From positions 3,008,001 through 3,072,000 of the forward strand of contig OY761611.1 of NCBI GenBank assembly GCA_963664875.1: 64,000 nucleotides of DNA, written 5' to 3'. Under the pieces are notes generated by a model, which was not told the DNA's origin, made no database searches, and saw nothing but the letters and a program-made list of their open reading frames with translations. Each line of letters opens with the position of its first letter. Position 1 is the stretch's first letter. Source of the stretch: Candidatus Kapaibacterium sp. Lineage in GTDB: Bacteria; Bacteroidota; Ignavibacteria; Kapaibacteriales; UBA2268. Position numbers and translations under genes: made by a program. This document shows, one piece after another, positions 1 to 8,940 of the stretch.

Positions 1-1
1 T

Positions 2-1264
2 GGTAGCAGTAGGAGTGTGGAGTTTGAAAGCAAAATCTGCTTTGAAGCCCGGGGCTTTTGTAGTCAGTTTGAAAAGATTTTTGTCGGAATATTCGTTGTA
101 ATCCAGAGCTACAATATTAGCTTTCGCATCTGTCAGCACCAAATAGCCTCTCTTTTCACCGAAGCTTTCTTCTCTGATGAAGACAATAGTATTATCTTTT
201 TTGATGATTTCTTTTTGTGATTCATCACCAACCGGGCTAAATAAATCGATCATAGCTTCAAAATCTTTAGTTGCGGCATCTGTTTTGAGGTTGAAGCTCT
301 TGTTTATGTTTGCAAGGAAAATATCTGACTGTAAAAGACGATATAAGTCACTTGCATGGAAGTATTTCTTATCTTTTGCAATTACAAGAGTCATTTCAGT
401 GCTTTCTATTATAGTTTCATCTGATGAGTCCATAATAACTAAAGTGGCTTTGAATATTTGCGCAGAACATACTTTCGAGATAATTGGGCTGTTAATTGCT
501 TCAGTCTCGAATCTATGTTTATAATTTTGTTCTGTCATCGCTTGTATAGTTTTGCTGTCTTTTGCATTTAATTTGACAGAAGGCGGGCCAAATTCGTAGC
601 TATCTTCGCTCTTTTCTTTATCTGATTTTTCCAAACTACCCATAAAGATGTCAAGAAGTAATTTTGTAGCTTCTTCGGAGTTTAGCTTGACTGTTTCGTT
701 GCTGCCTTTTAACTCCGGTATTTCTTTATCCATTTTGCTACTGTAATCAATTTTAAGAACTTGACCATTTTTATCGCAACTTACTATGTATCCTTGTTTG
801 TCACCGAACCAGTTCTTTCTTACAAAATACCAAGTGTCCGACTCAGAGTAAAAGCCGGCAGGAGAATAATTTTTGTCAAAAGAAGAAAGCATCGTTTGGA
901 AAGTTAGAGCGTCATCGTCGGTTTTTAAAGTGAAATCTTTGCGAATAGATCCGATGAATTCCTGAGTTAGAGGAATTTGCTCGGGTATGGTATTAAGTTG
1001 TATAAACTTGTCGCCCTGTTTCATAAACAGAAAATATTTGGGGAATCCTCCATATTCGAGATTAGAGAGATTGTAATTGATACTGCTTTCCACAAAAATT
1101 CCTGAAGATACCTTTGCAAGGGTTGCATCGGCTATAACTGTTTCGGAATATTGCCGAATCGATTCGAGATATTTTATAATATCCTCGTTTTTTGTCTCTG
1201 CCATTATCGAAACAGCTAAAAACATCATTAATGAAGAGAACAGAATTAAAAACCTATGCTTCAT
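2..1264 (-). CDS. Secreted hypothetical protein with an internally duplicated ~210-aa domain (3' end runs off the window)
   Basis: Hand translation from ATG 1264: MKHRFLILFSSLMMFLAVSIMA-ETK (signal peptide). It appears open to the window edge and is absent from the ORF track, consistent with no stop inside the window. Repeat: FTLKTDDDALTFQTM...FVRKNWFGDKQGYIV vs FNLKTDAATKDFEAM...FIREESFGEKRGYLV. Confidence 0.8.
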   Translation of the reverse strand, partial: MKHRFLILFSSLMMFLAVSIMAETKNEDIIKYLESIRQYSETVIADATLAKVSSGIFVESSINYNLSNLEYGGFPKYFLFMKQGDKFIQLNTIPEQIPLTQEFIGSIRKDFTLKTDDDALTFQTMLSSFDKNYSPAGFYSESDTWYFVRKNWFGDKQGYIVSCDKNGQVLKIDYSSKMDKEIPELKGSNETVKLNSEEATKLLLDIFMGSLEKSDKEKSEDSYEFGPPSVKLNAKDSKTIQAMTEQNYKHRFETEAINSPIISKVCSAQIFKATLVIMDSSDETIIESTEMTLVIAKDKKYFHASDLYRLLQSDIFLANINKSFNLKTDAATKDFEAMIDLFSPVGDESQKEIIKKDNTIVFIREESFGEKRGYLVLTDAKANIVALDYNEYSDKNLFKLTTKAPGFKADFAFKLHTPTAT

Positions 1265-1434
1265 AGCAAACCATATATTGTTGATAGAAATATAAAATTC
1301 CATTTTGAGGGATACATTTTCTAAAATCGTAACCAACCGCTTAAACAATATAATAATATTTGATTATAAGATGATGATGATTTGTAATTGTTTTTGGTTA
1401 AATTCTTTGGCTTGCGGAAATAAGCGGAATAAGC

Positions 1435-1467
1435 AAAAAAAAAGAGGCAGTTTTTACTTTGCCTCTT
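1435..1467 (-). terminator. Intrinsic terminator after the 97-aa gene
   Basis: Inverted repeat aagaggca/tgcctctt flanked by a 9-A run (U-tract on the minus strand). Confidence 0.65.
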
Positions 1468-1477
1468 GCTGTCTATT

Positions 1478-1771
1478 TTAATAGCTTACTTCAAATTCAA
1501 AATCTTTTTCCTGCAAAGATTGTTCTGCCTCACTCTCGATGTAATCTCTTACTGCAGGTTTGATAAATATATTGTTGATTTCTAAGGCAGCTAAACCTTT
1601 GGCAATAACTGAAACTGCCCCTTCTACAGGAGTAGTTTTGTTAATCACAATCACCGGAGCGTCATTCACCATGCAGAGACCGCTGCGAAATTTGCCGTCT
1701 CCTTTTCTGATTTTAACTCCTAAATCTTTAGCAATCTCTGTAAGTTCTTTATATAGCTCTTTAGGCTTCAT
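1478..1771 (-). CDS. Hypothetical protein, resembling the N-terminal part of the ImmA/IrrE fold but without HExxH
   Basis: 97-aa ORF overlapping the stop of the upstream gene. Pattern: LTEIAKDLGVKIR...SGLCMV...VIVINK. Confidence 0.75.
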   Translation of the reverse strand: MKPKELYKELTEIAKDLGVKIRKGDGKFRSGLCMVNDAPVIVINKTTPVEGAVSVIAKGLAALEINNIFIKPAVRDYIESEAEQSLQEKDFEFEVSY

Positions 1772-2330
1772 CGCTGTAATTCTCCGATTTGTTGGAAAAT
1801 CTTTGGAGAGGCTTGTGTATTAGGCATATCGCTGCCGAAATGTTCGACAAAAACGAGAGAACCGTAAATACTTTAAGCCCGTTATCCTGAAAACGAATTA
1901 AAAAGTAATCTTTTATTTGAGTTGCATATATATCTTGAATATAATTGTCTTTGAAATCATTGATCAAACGCCAGTCTAAGTAATGATTATAAAGTTCGCC
2001 TGGTAAACCGAGTAGTAAGAAAAGAGAAGCCATCATCAGCCAGCCGTGGGTTTTGATTTTGCCACGATTGAAAAACAGAAGTAAGACTAAGCCTATAAAA
2101 AACAATCCATAGCCCAAATCAGGATAAAAAAACATCTCTGCGAACTGCCTCACTGCAAAATACAAATTTTCCGGTGAGATTGATTGATTGAGCGGCATAC
2201 CGTCTTCTAAAAGCAATAAATTATAAGCAAAATTTGAGCGTAGTATATTTGCTCCAAACCAAATAGAAAAGCCCATTAGGCTAATCAGTAATGACCATTT
2301 GCTCTTTTTGTCCAAATTCATGTTGTTCAC
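1761..2330 (-). CDS. Hypothetical integral membrane protein (~4 TM)
   Basis: 189-aa ORF with four hydrophobic segments, coupled to the downstream gene. Confidence 0.75.
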   Translation of the reverse strand: MNNMNLDKKSKWSLLISLMGFSIWFGANILRSNFAYNLLLLEDGMPLNQSISPENLYFAVRQFAEMFFYPDLGYGLFFIGLVLLLFFNRGKIKTHGWLMMASLFLLLGLPGELYNHYLDWRLINDFKDNYIQDIYATQIKDYFLIRFQDNGLKVFTVLSFLSNISAAICLIHKPLQRFSNKSENYSDEA

Positions 2331-2585
2331 TGCCTGAGCTGTTTATATATATAAGTATATTTGAAACCAACTTCTCAAAAATACAAAAGAATTATTTACA
2401 AAGCATATAAAGTATTCCACATATACCACCACTGCCAATCTATCTATCGGAGAAGCCTTAAAATGTGGCAAAACAAAGTCGAAATAAGATTTTTAATTCA
2501 TCTACTACCTATCACTTGACCAATAAGGAAAATTTTATGCTTGTGCAATACTTGTAACTACTTATTATTTAATGTAGTTAGAATT

Positions 2586-2624
2586 CCCCTCTTGAGGGGT
2601 GGCATGCGTAGCATGGCGGGGTGG
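2586..2624. repeat. GC-rich REP-like palindromic element
   Basis: cccctc-tt-gagggg hairpin, then catgc-gta-gcatg hairpin, then ggggtgg, inside an AT-rich intergenic region. Single copy in this window. Confidence 0.45.
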
Positions 2625-2780
2625 AAAAATACCACTATAACTAATAATTACCCAAGCATTGGATTTCAATGGTAAACTCTATTGCACTATTACCATATAT
2701 CTAAAAAAGCGAAATCAACTTTTCGGAAATTGTCTTAGTATTTGTTATCTTTGCCATTATTTTTATTTAGGTGTAAAATT

Positions 2781-3557
2781 TTGAATAAGTTGCCTTTGAG
2801 TGTTTCGATTATTTCATTCAATGAAGAAAAAAATATCGCACGCACACTCGATTCCGTAATTGATATCGCTTCGGAAATCATTATCGTCGATAGTCATTCG
2901 ACCGATAATACAAAAGCTATTGCCGAAGGCTATGGTGCAAAAGTTTTTGTGGAAGATTGGAAGGGGCATGTAGCTCAAAAAAATTCTGCTCTGGATAAAT
3001 GCTCCCAACCTTGGATTCTTATGCTCGATTGCGACGAAGTGCTAAGCGACGAGCTTCGCAATTCTATTATAAAGGCTATTGATAGCTCTGAGGCTCAGGC
3101 TTATTCTGTAAACCGTAAAACACATTACCTCGGCAAACTGCTGCACTATGCCTGGCAGCCGGATTGGAATCTCCGACTTGTACGAAGAGAGACTAAACCC
3201 TACTGGCAGGGATTAAATCCGCACGATGAGCTAAAATGCACAGCCGAGCCAAAACCACTCCAAGGCGAATTGGTTCATTACTCCTATAAAGACGTTCGTA
3301 ATCATTTCGATAAAACATTGGATTATGCACAAATTTCTGCAAAGTCCTACAAAGAGCGTGGCAGAAAGTTCTCTATGCTCAATCTTTTGCTCAATCCGGT
3401 TGTGGCTTTTGTGAGACTTTACATCATTCGTAAAGGCTTTTTAGACGGCAAGCACGGATTGATAGCCGGATTTTCTACATTTGTTTATACATTTCTGAAA
3501 TATATCTTTTTTTGGGAGCTTGAGCTACAGGAAAAGAGAGAAAAGAAACTCAAATAA
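2781..3557 (+). CDS. Glycosyltransferase family 2 (WaaE/KdtX-like beta-1,4-glucosyltransferase type)
   Basis: Motifs LSVSIISFNEEKNI, VDSHSTDNT and WILMLDCDE (DxD). Likely TTG start at 2781 after aggtg; the ORF track starts at 2742. Confidence 0.9.
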   Translation: MNKLPLSVSIISFNEEKNIARTLDSVIDIASEIIIVDSHSTDNTKAIAEGYGAKVFVEDWKGHVAQKNSALDKCSQPWILMLDCDEVLSDELRNSIIKAIDSSEAQAYSVNRKTHYLGKLLHYAWQPDWNLRLVRRETKPYWQGLNPHDELKCTAEPKPLQGELVHYSYKDVRNHFDKTLDYAQISAKSYKERGRKFSMLNLLLNPVVAFVRLYIIRKGFLDGKHGLIAGFSTFVYTFLKYIFFWELELQEKREKKLK

Positions 3558-3765
3558 TAGCCCCTCAACCTGACAGAAACCGCTCCGACCGGCAATAATG
3601 CCTGCGATTTCGCCACAAATGCCATTGGCGGCATTAGTATATATCTATATAGAGACATATATATAATAATCGCCACTGCGGAAAACACGTAATTTTCAAA
3701 AACAGAAAAAATAGCAAAAAATACTTACGCGAAGAGCGGTACTAATAAGTCCTTATAAAATAAGG

Positions 3766-3792
3766 TAAAGGTATAATTTAATCAGCCGATAA
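3766..3792 (+). promoter_or_regulatory. Sigma-28 (FliA/SigD)-type promoter, distal
   Basis: TAAA(3766-3769)-N15-GCCGATAA(3785-3792), an exact match to the sigma-28 consensus. Confidence 0.7.
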
Positions 3793-3832
3793 ATATATAT
3801 AGTTATAGCATATCAATCGGCGGAGAAGAAAA

Positions 3833-3848
3833 TTGGCACTTGAATTGT
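3833..3848 (+). promoter_or_regulatory. Sigma-54-like -24/-12 site
   Basis: TTGGCAC-TTGAA-TTGT. GG is correctly spaced 12 nt from the -12 element, which is GT instead of GC. Confidence 0.45.
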
Positions 3849-3990
3849 CAATAGTGTAAATAGGTAAAAAAATACAGGAAAACTATGTATATATGGCTAT
3901 TATTATACATAGCAGTGCCGATTATAGGCTTGCTTGACAATATTCAATCAAATAAATATTGTTAAGCACTAAAGAATTTTACACAAATGC

Positions 3991-4017
3991 TAAAGTTTGT
4001 GAAGATTTATCCGATAA
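3991..4017 (+). promoter_or_regulatory. Sigma-28-type promoter, proximal
   Basis: TAAAGTTT-N11-TCCGATAA, one mismatch to the extended consensus TAAAGTTT-N11-GCCGATAA. Confidence 0.7.
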
Positions 4018-4091
4018 CAGTGGATAAGTGCATAGGTACATAAAAATAGAATATTATTATACGCCAAGATAATAAGTCCAAAAAACAAAAG

Positions 4092-4135
4092 AAACCCACA
4101 GGAAGTGGTTTAAATGTCTAACTAATTATGGAGGA
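4092..4135 (+). promoter_or_regulatory. CsrA-type binding sites in the 5' leader
   Basis: Hairpin CCAC-AGGAA-GTGG (4096-4108) with GGA in the loop, followed by ATGGAGGA (4128-4135) overlapping a Shine-Dalgarno site. Confidence 0.55.
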
Positions 4136-4139
4136 TTCT

Positions 4140-4181
4140 ATGCAAGAGTCAATTCTGCCTGCGAACAAATCACCCGGCTGA
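4140..4181 (+). CDS. Putative leader peptide (uORF) MQESILPANKSPG
   Basis: GGAGG lies 5 nt before ATG 4140. TGA at 4179-4181 is followed by TAG. The stop lies in the GGCTGAT/ATCAGCC stem. Confidence 0.45.
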   Translation: MQESILPANKSPG

Positions 4182-4292
4182 TAGCAAATCAGCCTCGGAA
4201 AGATGATTAGGCACGCTAAGCGAAGGCAATAAAAAAGCTAAGCGCACGAAAACGACAAAAAATTATATTTTTTAATAAAGGGATATACTGTC

Positions 4293-7200
4293 ATGAAAAA
4301 GAATTTCAAACTTTTCAAAATAGGAATTTTCCTTGCTTTAATACTCGGCTTTGCGTTAGGGCAGGACGCATACGGGGAAACATTTACGTCAGTTCAAACT
4401 GGACCTTGGAATGATCCAGCGACATGGGGAGGAGCTCCTGTAGGAACTGATGTGGATGGTATTCCAGATGCAGATGACATAGTTAATATTGATGCTAACC
4501 ATACAGTTACTTTGACAGCTGATGCGATATGTCAATCTCTGGTATTCGCGGATCCAAATGCTGGTGGTAGTAATAGCCTTACAGCAAATACTACTGTGAA
4601 CTTAGTGGTTTTAGGTAATATTGACTTAGGAACGAATGGTGGTGGTAATACAGCAAGTATTACAAATGGTACAGGTGCTGTTAATTTGGTAATTGGTGAT
4701 ACTACAAATGCTTCATCTAGTACAGTTAGTGTGATTGATATAGAAAGTACTCATAGCATTACAGTAAATAATGTAACATTATATAATGCTGCGGTTACTT
4801 ATGATGTTGATGTTGCTGCTTCAGCAATTACTATTTTAGGGAATCTTGATTTACAAGGTACAAGTACATTAACACCAGGTGGAACAGCTGCAGTTACTAT
4901 TACCTTTGATGGCACAGGTAGCTCGGCAGCAAGTATAACTGTATCAGATGATTCTTACTTAGATTTTGAATCATTTGCAACAGCTAATAGTGCGGCAATT
5001 ACAACAACTGATGATATTACTTTTTCTGGTGATATTGATATTGCTTCCGGATCGTTTAATCAAACGGCTGGGACAAGCTATTTAGTTGGTAGTGCTGCAG
5101 CAGACCCAGAGATTACTGGCGGTTCAATAAGTTTTTATAACTTGAATGTAAATACAACTGCTGAGGCTGTGACATGTGATGCAACTGCATTGGTTGTTAA
5201 AGGTGATTTAACTAAAGTTGGTGCAAATGCCATGACACTTGCAGATGCTATTACCTTTACTAATACAAGTGCTAAAGAAATTGTAGCAAGTGGCGCAGGT
5301 GCTTTAGCTTTTGAGAATATTAATATATCTTCCAATTCAAGAATAACTACTAATAGTAGCTTCCGAATTGGAGATGGTACTAGTGGATCTACGTTTACAA
5401 TTGGAAATGGTGGTTCATTTAATGCTGCAACCGGAACTATCACTTTAGATGGGACAGGTGGTAATGTTGTTTTAGTTAATAGTGGAGGTCAAGATACATG
5501 TTTGACTTTTGCTAACATAACGTTCGTAACTGCAACAACAACTACTACTGCGACAGATCTAGTAATTACAGGATCTTTTGATGATGGTGGTGCAACATTT
5601 ACAGCGACTGCAGGCAAAGTAGTTTTTGATAATGCTGTAAGTAAATCAATAACTTCAACAGGAACAACAACTTTTTGTGTCTTGGAAGTGGCTGATGGCT
5701 CAAAAGTCACTTGTGCTTCGCCTATCGTGATAGCTGATGCTGGTGCTGATCAAGCTTCAGGTATAACAGTAGGTACTGATGGATCTTTAGTCTTTAGTAC
5801 TCCAAGTGTTGTAACCCTTAGCGATACAGATTCTGCTACTGATATGCTTATAAATAATGATGGCACGTTGACATTTTTTGGTTTAACAATTGCAGATAAT
5901 GTCGCTAATGATATAGTTACAACAGATGATTTCAATGTAACAGATACTTGGACTTTTGCTGGTGATGGTACTTTTGCAGCTAGCGGAACTAGTAATATCT
6001 CATTTACTGGAACAGGTGCTCAAAATATTACGGGAGCTGATGCACCATCTCAATTGATTTTAAATGATATGACAATTGAAACAGGTGCTTTGGTTACTTT
6101 AGCTGCTACCAATTTTTTGGAACTTACAGGTGATTTAACAATCAATGGAACTGGTACATTTACTCATGCAACAAATGTTGCAGGTACTGTGGAGTTTAAT
6201 GGTACCAGTCAACAAAAAATTAAAGGTTCAAGTGCTTCAGCTGTCGCAATGTCACAGTTAGTAGTTGATAAACTCAATGCTCCAAATGGTACTATTGGAA
6301 CTGAAGATGAAGTATTGATGGAATTGGATGTAACGGTACCGGCTGCTACTGGTGCTGTAACTATTACAAATGGTCGTTTAAATTTAGGGAGCAAAACATT
6401 AACTACAGGTGTTGCTCCGACCACTCCTGCAGGTTATATTGATGGTAACCTAGGTACTTTTGCTTCAAGTACTGCAGCAATAACAATTGATAATACGTTA
6501 TTTAGTGCTGATAATTCGTCAACTTCTGGTACACTTTATAATTTAGAAGTTGGAACTGGTGCAGTTGTTACTATTACAGCTACAAGCAAGTTGACAGTTA
6601 ATAAAGATTTGACACTTGACGATAACTTGACATTTACAAATTCAACCTTGCATTTGTTTGGTGAAGTAACTCTTGTTACTGGAGATGAAGAATTGGTATA
6701 TACTTCAGGTACTGCAGCTACTTCTTTAGTTATCTTTGATGGTACTAGAACGGTTCCGGTTCTTCAGAATTCGTTATTTAATGATGGTGCTGATAACGAA
6801 GTATCTTCAATTGAAATAAGAGCAAATGAAATACTTGCTGGCGACGTATCTATGGAAAAAGATGGGAATGGCGCTGTTCTTACAATGAATTCTAGTATCA
6901 ATAATCTCAATTTAGCTGGTAATACTTTAACTTTGGTTGCAGATGGATCTGTAAATATCGTGTCTGGTCAAATGTTAGCAAATGCTACAAGTTCTGCAGT
7001 TGATTTTGGTACAATTACACAAATCCCTGCGAACATGTTTGTTGATGATGAAATAGAAGATATTACAATAGCTGCAGATATTACTTTATTAGGCAATTTA
7101 ACTATAAACGGATTGTTAACTACCGCTCCGAATAGTATCTATACTGGTGATAATATATTAACATTTGGACCGGACTATACTCAAAGTAATCCATTTACTA

Positions 7201-8894
7201 CAGCGAAACACGTTATTGGACGTTTAAGAAAAACAGTAACAAATGGTGCTACACTTTTTGAATTGGGTGATGGAACAGCGACTACATATAGAGCTGCTGA
7301 AATTACTTTTTCAAATACTAATACATCTCAAGTTGTAGAAGTGTCTAGTGAGTTAGTAAATGCAACTGTAGATAGACAAGGTGATCCTGTAAAAGCATTA
7401 AATGCGGTTTGGACGATAACTCCTATAGGAACAGTATCAAATACATTTGATAGTGTCAATGTTAAATTCTATTGGGGAACTGAACACGATAACGGTTTGA
7501 CTTTTGCCGTACCAGGTGATGCTACTGATGAGACTACAGTTACTACTTTCCCTGTTAGATGGGATGGTTCTCAGTGGGAAGATTATTCTCAAAGTGTTGT
7601 ATTGGGTACTCCTTATGCAGCTGGACCTCCTAAGTCTTTAGATATGACTGGTTGGAATACATACCCATTGACTGCCACTGATTTTGGTGGTGTATGGTCT
7701 GTATTTGTTGATGCTCATCCTTATGACGATGCTCTTGAAGCAAGTACTGACGGGAATCTAGTATTTTCAAGTTTCCCGGAATATATTGAAAATGGTATTC
7801 CTTTTAATGCGACAGTTCAATACCAAGATCAATATGGAAATCCAATTACTGTAGGAAGTACTGATGGTGCATTCACAGTTGAAGTTAAGAAATTAGCTGG
7901 AGATGGTAATATTACTTTGTCTGGAACAACTGTTTCAGCTGTTATTCCAATTGGATCTTCTTCAGTCGCCATTAGCGGTTTGGTAATGGACGATGCTACT
8001 ATAGCGACATTTACTGATAGAAATAATATTCAACTTAAAGTACAAGCAGCTTCGCCAGGTAATTATACTGATGTAAGAACAGGTACAAGTGAGGTATTTA
8101 ATATGCTTGCTACAGAACCTGCTGCTCAAGCTAATAGCCTTACATTTGCTAATCTAGGTTATACTTCCATGACTGTTGGTTTTACCGGCAATGGTAGCGC
8201 GAGTGACAAAGCACTCATTATTGCAAAACCTGGTAGAAAAATGGATTCTGACGAATTCCCGGTTGATGGTACTTCTTATATTGGTAACAATGTATTTGGT
8301 GCCGGTTCTGTAATTGGTGATAGTGCTGTTGTTGTATATAATGGTCCTGCTAATGGTGCTGGTAATTATAGCTTTAGCTTAAGTGGTTTAGCTCCTGGGG
8401 AAACTTATTATTTCAGAGCTTTTGCGTATGCCGGTGCTAATGGTTCAGAGAACTATTTTTATAACCCTGGACCTCAATCAGCACTTAGCAAAACTACAAC
8501 TTCAGAAACTGACGACGACGTAGCATTTGGCTCTAACGATACAAGAGCTACTGCTAAACCAATCGGTTCAAACTCTGCAGTAAAAGGTACTATTGCTGAT
8601 GCAACTGACGAAGACTGGTTCTCATTTATGGTAACAAGCGCAGCTTCTAACATTAGAGTAAAACTCACAGGCGTGCCTGCTAACTATAACTTAGAACTTT
8701 ACAATGCAGATAATAGAAGAGTTCGCCGTGCTACATTAAGTGGTATAGAAAGCGAATATGTTGTAATAAATAATCTTGACGCCGGAACTTATTCTATTAG
8801 AATCTATGGCGTTGATGGCGCTTATGATAATACTCTTACTTACACTGTAGAAGTGCAGACAAGAGATACAGAAATCTTTAGCGTCACTCAATAA
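4293..8894 (+). CDS. Giant secreted surface/adhesin-like protein: G8-like N-terminus, long beta-solenoid, Ig-like, FN3 and C-terminal PPC-like domain
   Basis: 1533 aa with a Sec signal peptide. Motifs: TSVQTGPWNDPATW, Thr/Gly/Asn-rich beta-strand repeats, VQYQDQYGN (Ig-like), LSGLAPGETYYFRAFAY (FN3), DEDWFSF...YNLELY...LDAGTYSIRIYG (PPC). Confidence 0.85.
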   Translation: MKKNFKLFKIGIFLALILGFALGQDAYGETFTSVQTGPWNDPATWGGAPVGTDVDGIPDADDIVNIDANHTVTLTADAICQSLVFADPNAGGSNSLTANTTVNLVVLGNIDLGTNGGGNTASITNGTGAVNLVIGDTTNASSSTVSVIDIESTHSITVNNVTLYNAAVTYDVDVAASAITILGNLDLQGTSTLTPGGTAAVTITFDGTGSSAASITVSDDSYLDFESFATANSAAITTTDDITFSGDIDIASGSFNQTAGTSYLVGSAAADPEITGGSISFYNLNVNTTAEAVTCDATALVVKGDLTKVGANAMTLADAITFTNTSAKEIVASGAGALAFENINISSNSRITTNSSFRIGDGTSGSTFTIGNGGSFNAATGTITLDGTGGNVVLVNSGGQDTCLTFANITFVTATTTTTATDLVITGSFDDGGATFTATAGKVVFDNAVSKSITSTGTTTFCVLEVADGSKVTCASPIVIADAGADQASGITVGTDGSLVFSTPSVVTLSDTDSATDMLINNDGTLTFFGLTIADNVANDIVTTDDFNVTDTWTFAGDGTFAASGTSNISFTGTGAQNITGADAPSQLILNDMTIETGALVTLAATNFLELTGDLTINGTGTFTHATNVAGTVEFNGTSQQKIKGSSASAVAMSQLVVDKLNAPNGTIGTEDEVLMELDVTVPAATGAVTITNGRLNLGSKTLTTGVAPTTPAGYIDGNLGTFASSTAAITIDNTLFSADNSSTSGTLYNLEVGTGAVVTITATSKLTVNKDLTLDDNLTFTNSTLHLFGEVTLVTGDEELVYTSGTAATSLVIFDGTRTVPVLQNSLFNDGADNEVSSIEIRANEILAGDVSMEKDGNGAVLTMNSSINNLNLAGNTLTLVADGSVNIVSGQMLANATSSAVDFGTITQIPANMFVDDEIEDITIAADITLLGNLTINGLLTTAPNSIYTGDNILTFGPDYTQSNPFTTAKHVIGRLRKTVTNGATLFELGDGTATTYRAAEITFSNTNTSQVVEVSSELVNATVDRQGDPVKALNAVWTITPIGTVSNTFDSVNVKFYWGTEHDNGLTFAVPGDATDETTVTTFPVRWDGSQWEDYSQSVVLGTPYAAGPPKSLDMTGWNTYPLTATDFGGVWSVFVDAHPYDDALEASTDGNLVFSSFPEYIENGIPFNATVQYQDQYGNPITVGSTDGAFTVEVKKLAGDGNITLSGTTVSAVIPIGSSSVAISGLVMDDATIATFTDRNNIQLKVQAASPGNYTDVRTGTSEVFNMLATEPAAQANSLTFANLGYTSMTVGFTGNGSASDKALIIAKPGRKMDSDEFPVDGTSYIGNNVFGAGSVIGDSAVVVYNGPANGAGNYSFSLSGLAPGETYYFRAFAYAGANGSENYFYNPGPQSALSKTTTSETDDDVAFGSNDTRATAKPIGSNSAVKGTIADATDEDWFSFMVTSAASNIRVKLTGVPANYNLELYNADNRRVRRATLSGIESEYVVINNLDAGTYSIRIYGVDGAYDNTLTYTVEVQTRDTEIFSVTQ

Positions 8895-8940
8895 GATAAA
8901 TTAAGTAAATAAATTTTAGTAATAATAAAGGATTTATGCT

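Noticed and set aside
17-524. Plus-strand ORFs 17..220 and 177..524
   Set aside because: Antisense to the real minus-strand gene, which has a signal peptide and an internal repeat.
3898-3924. Third sigma-28 promoter (GCCGATTA)
   Set aside because: The -35 position reads TATT, too weak to call.
4176-4194. TGA plus hairpin as a selenocysteine/SECIS readthrough signal
   Set aside because: TGA is immediately followed by an in-frame TAG, and it lies inside the stem rather than before it.
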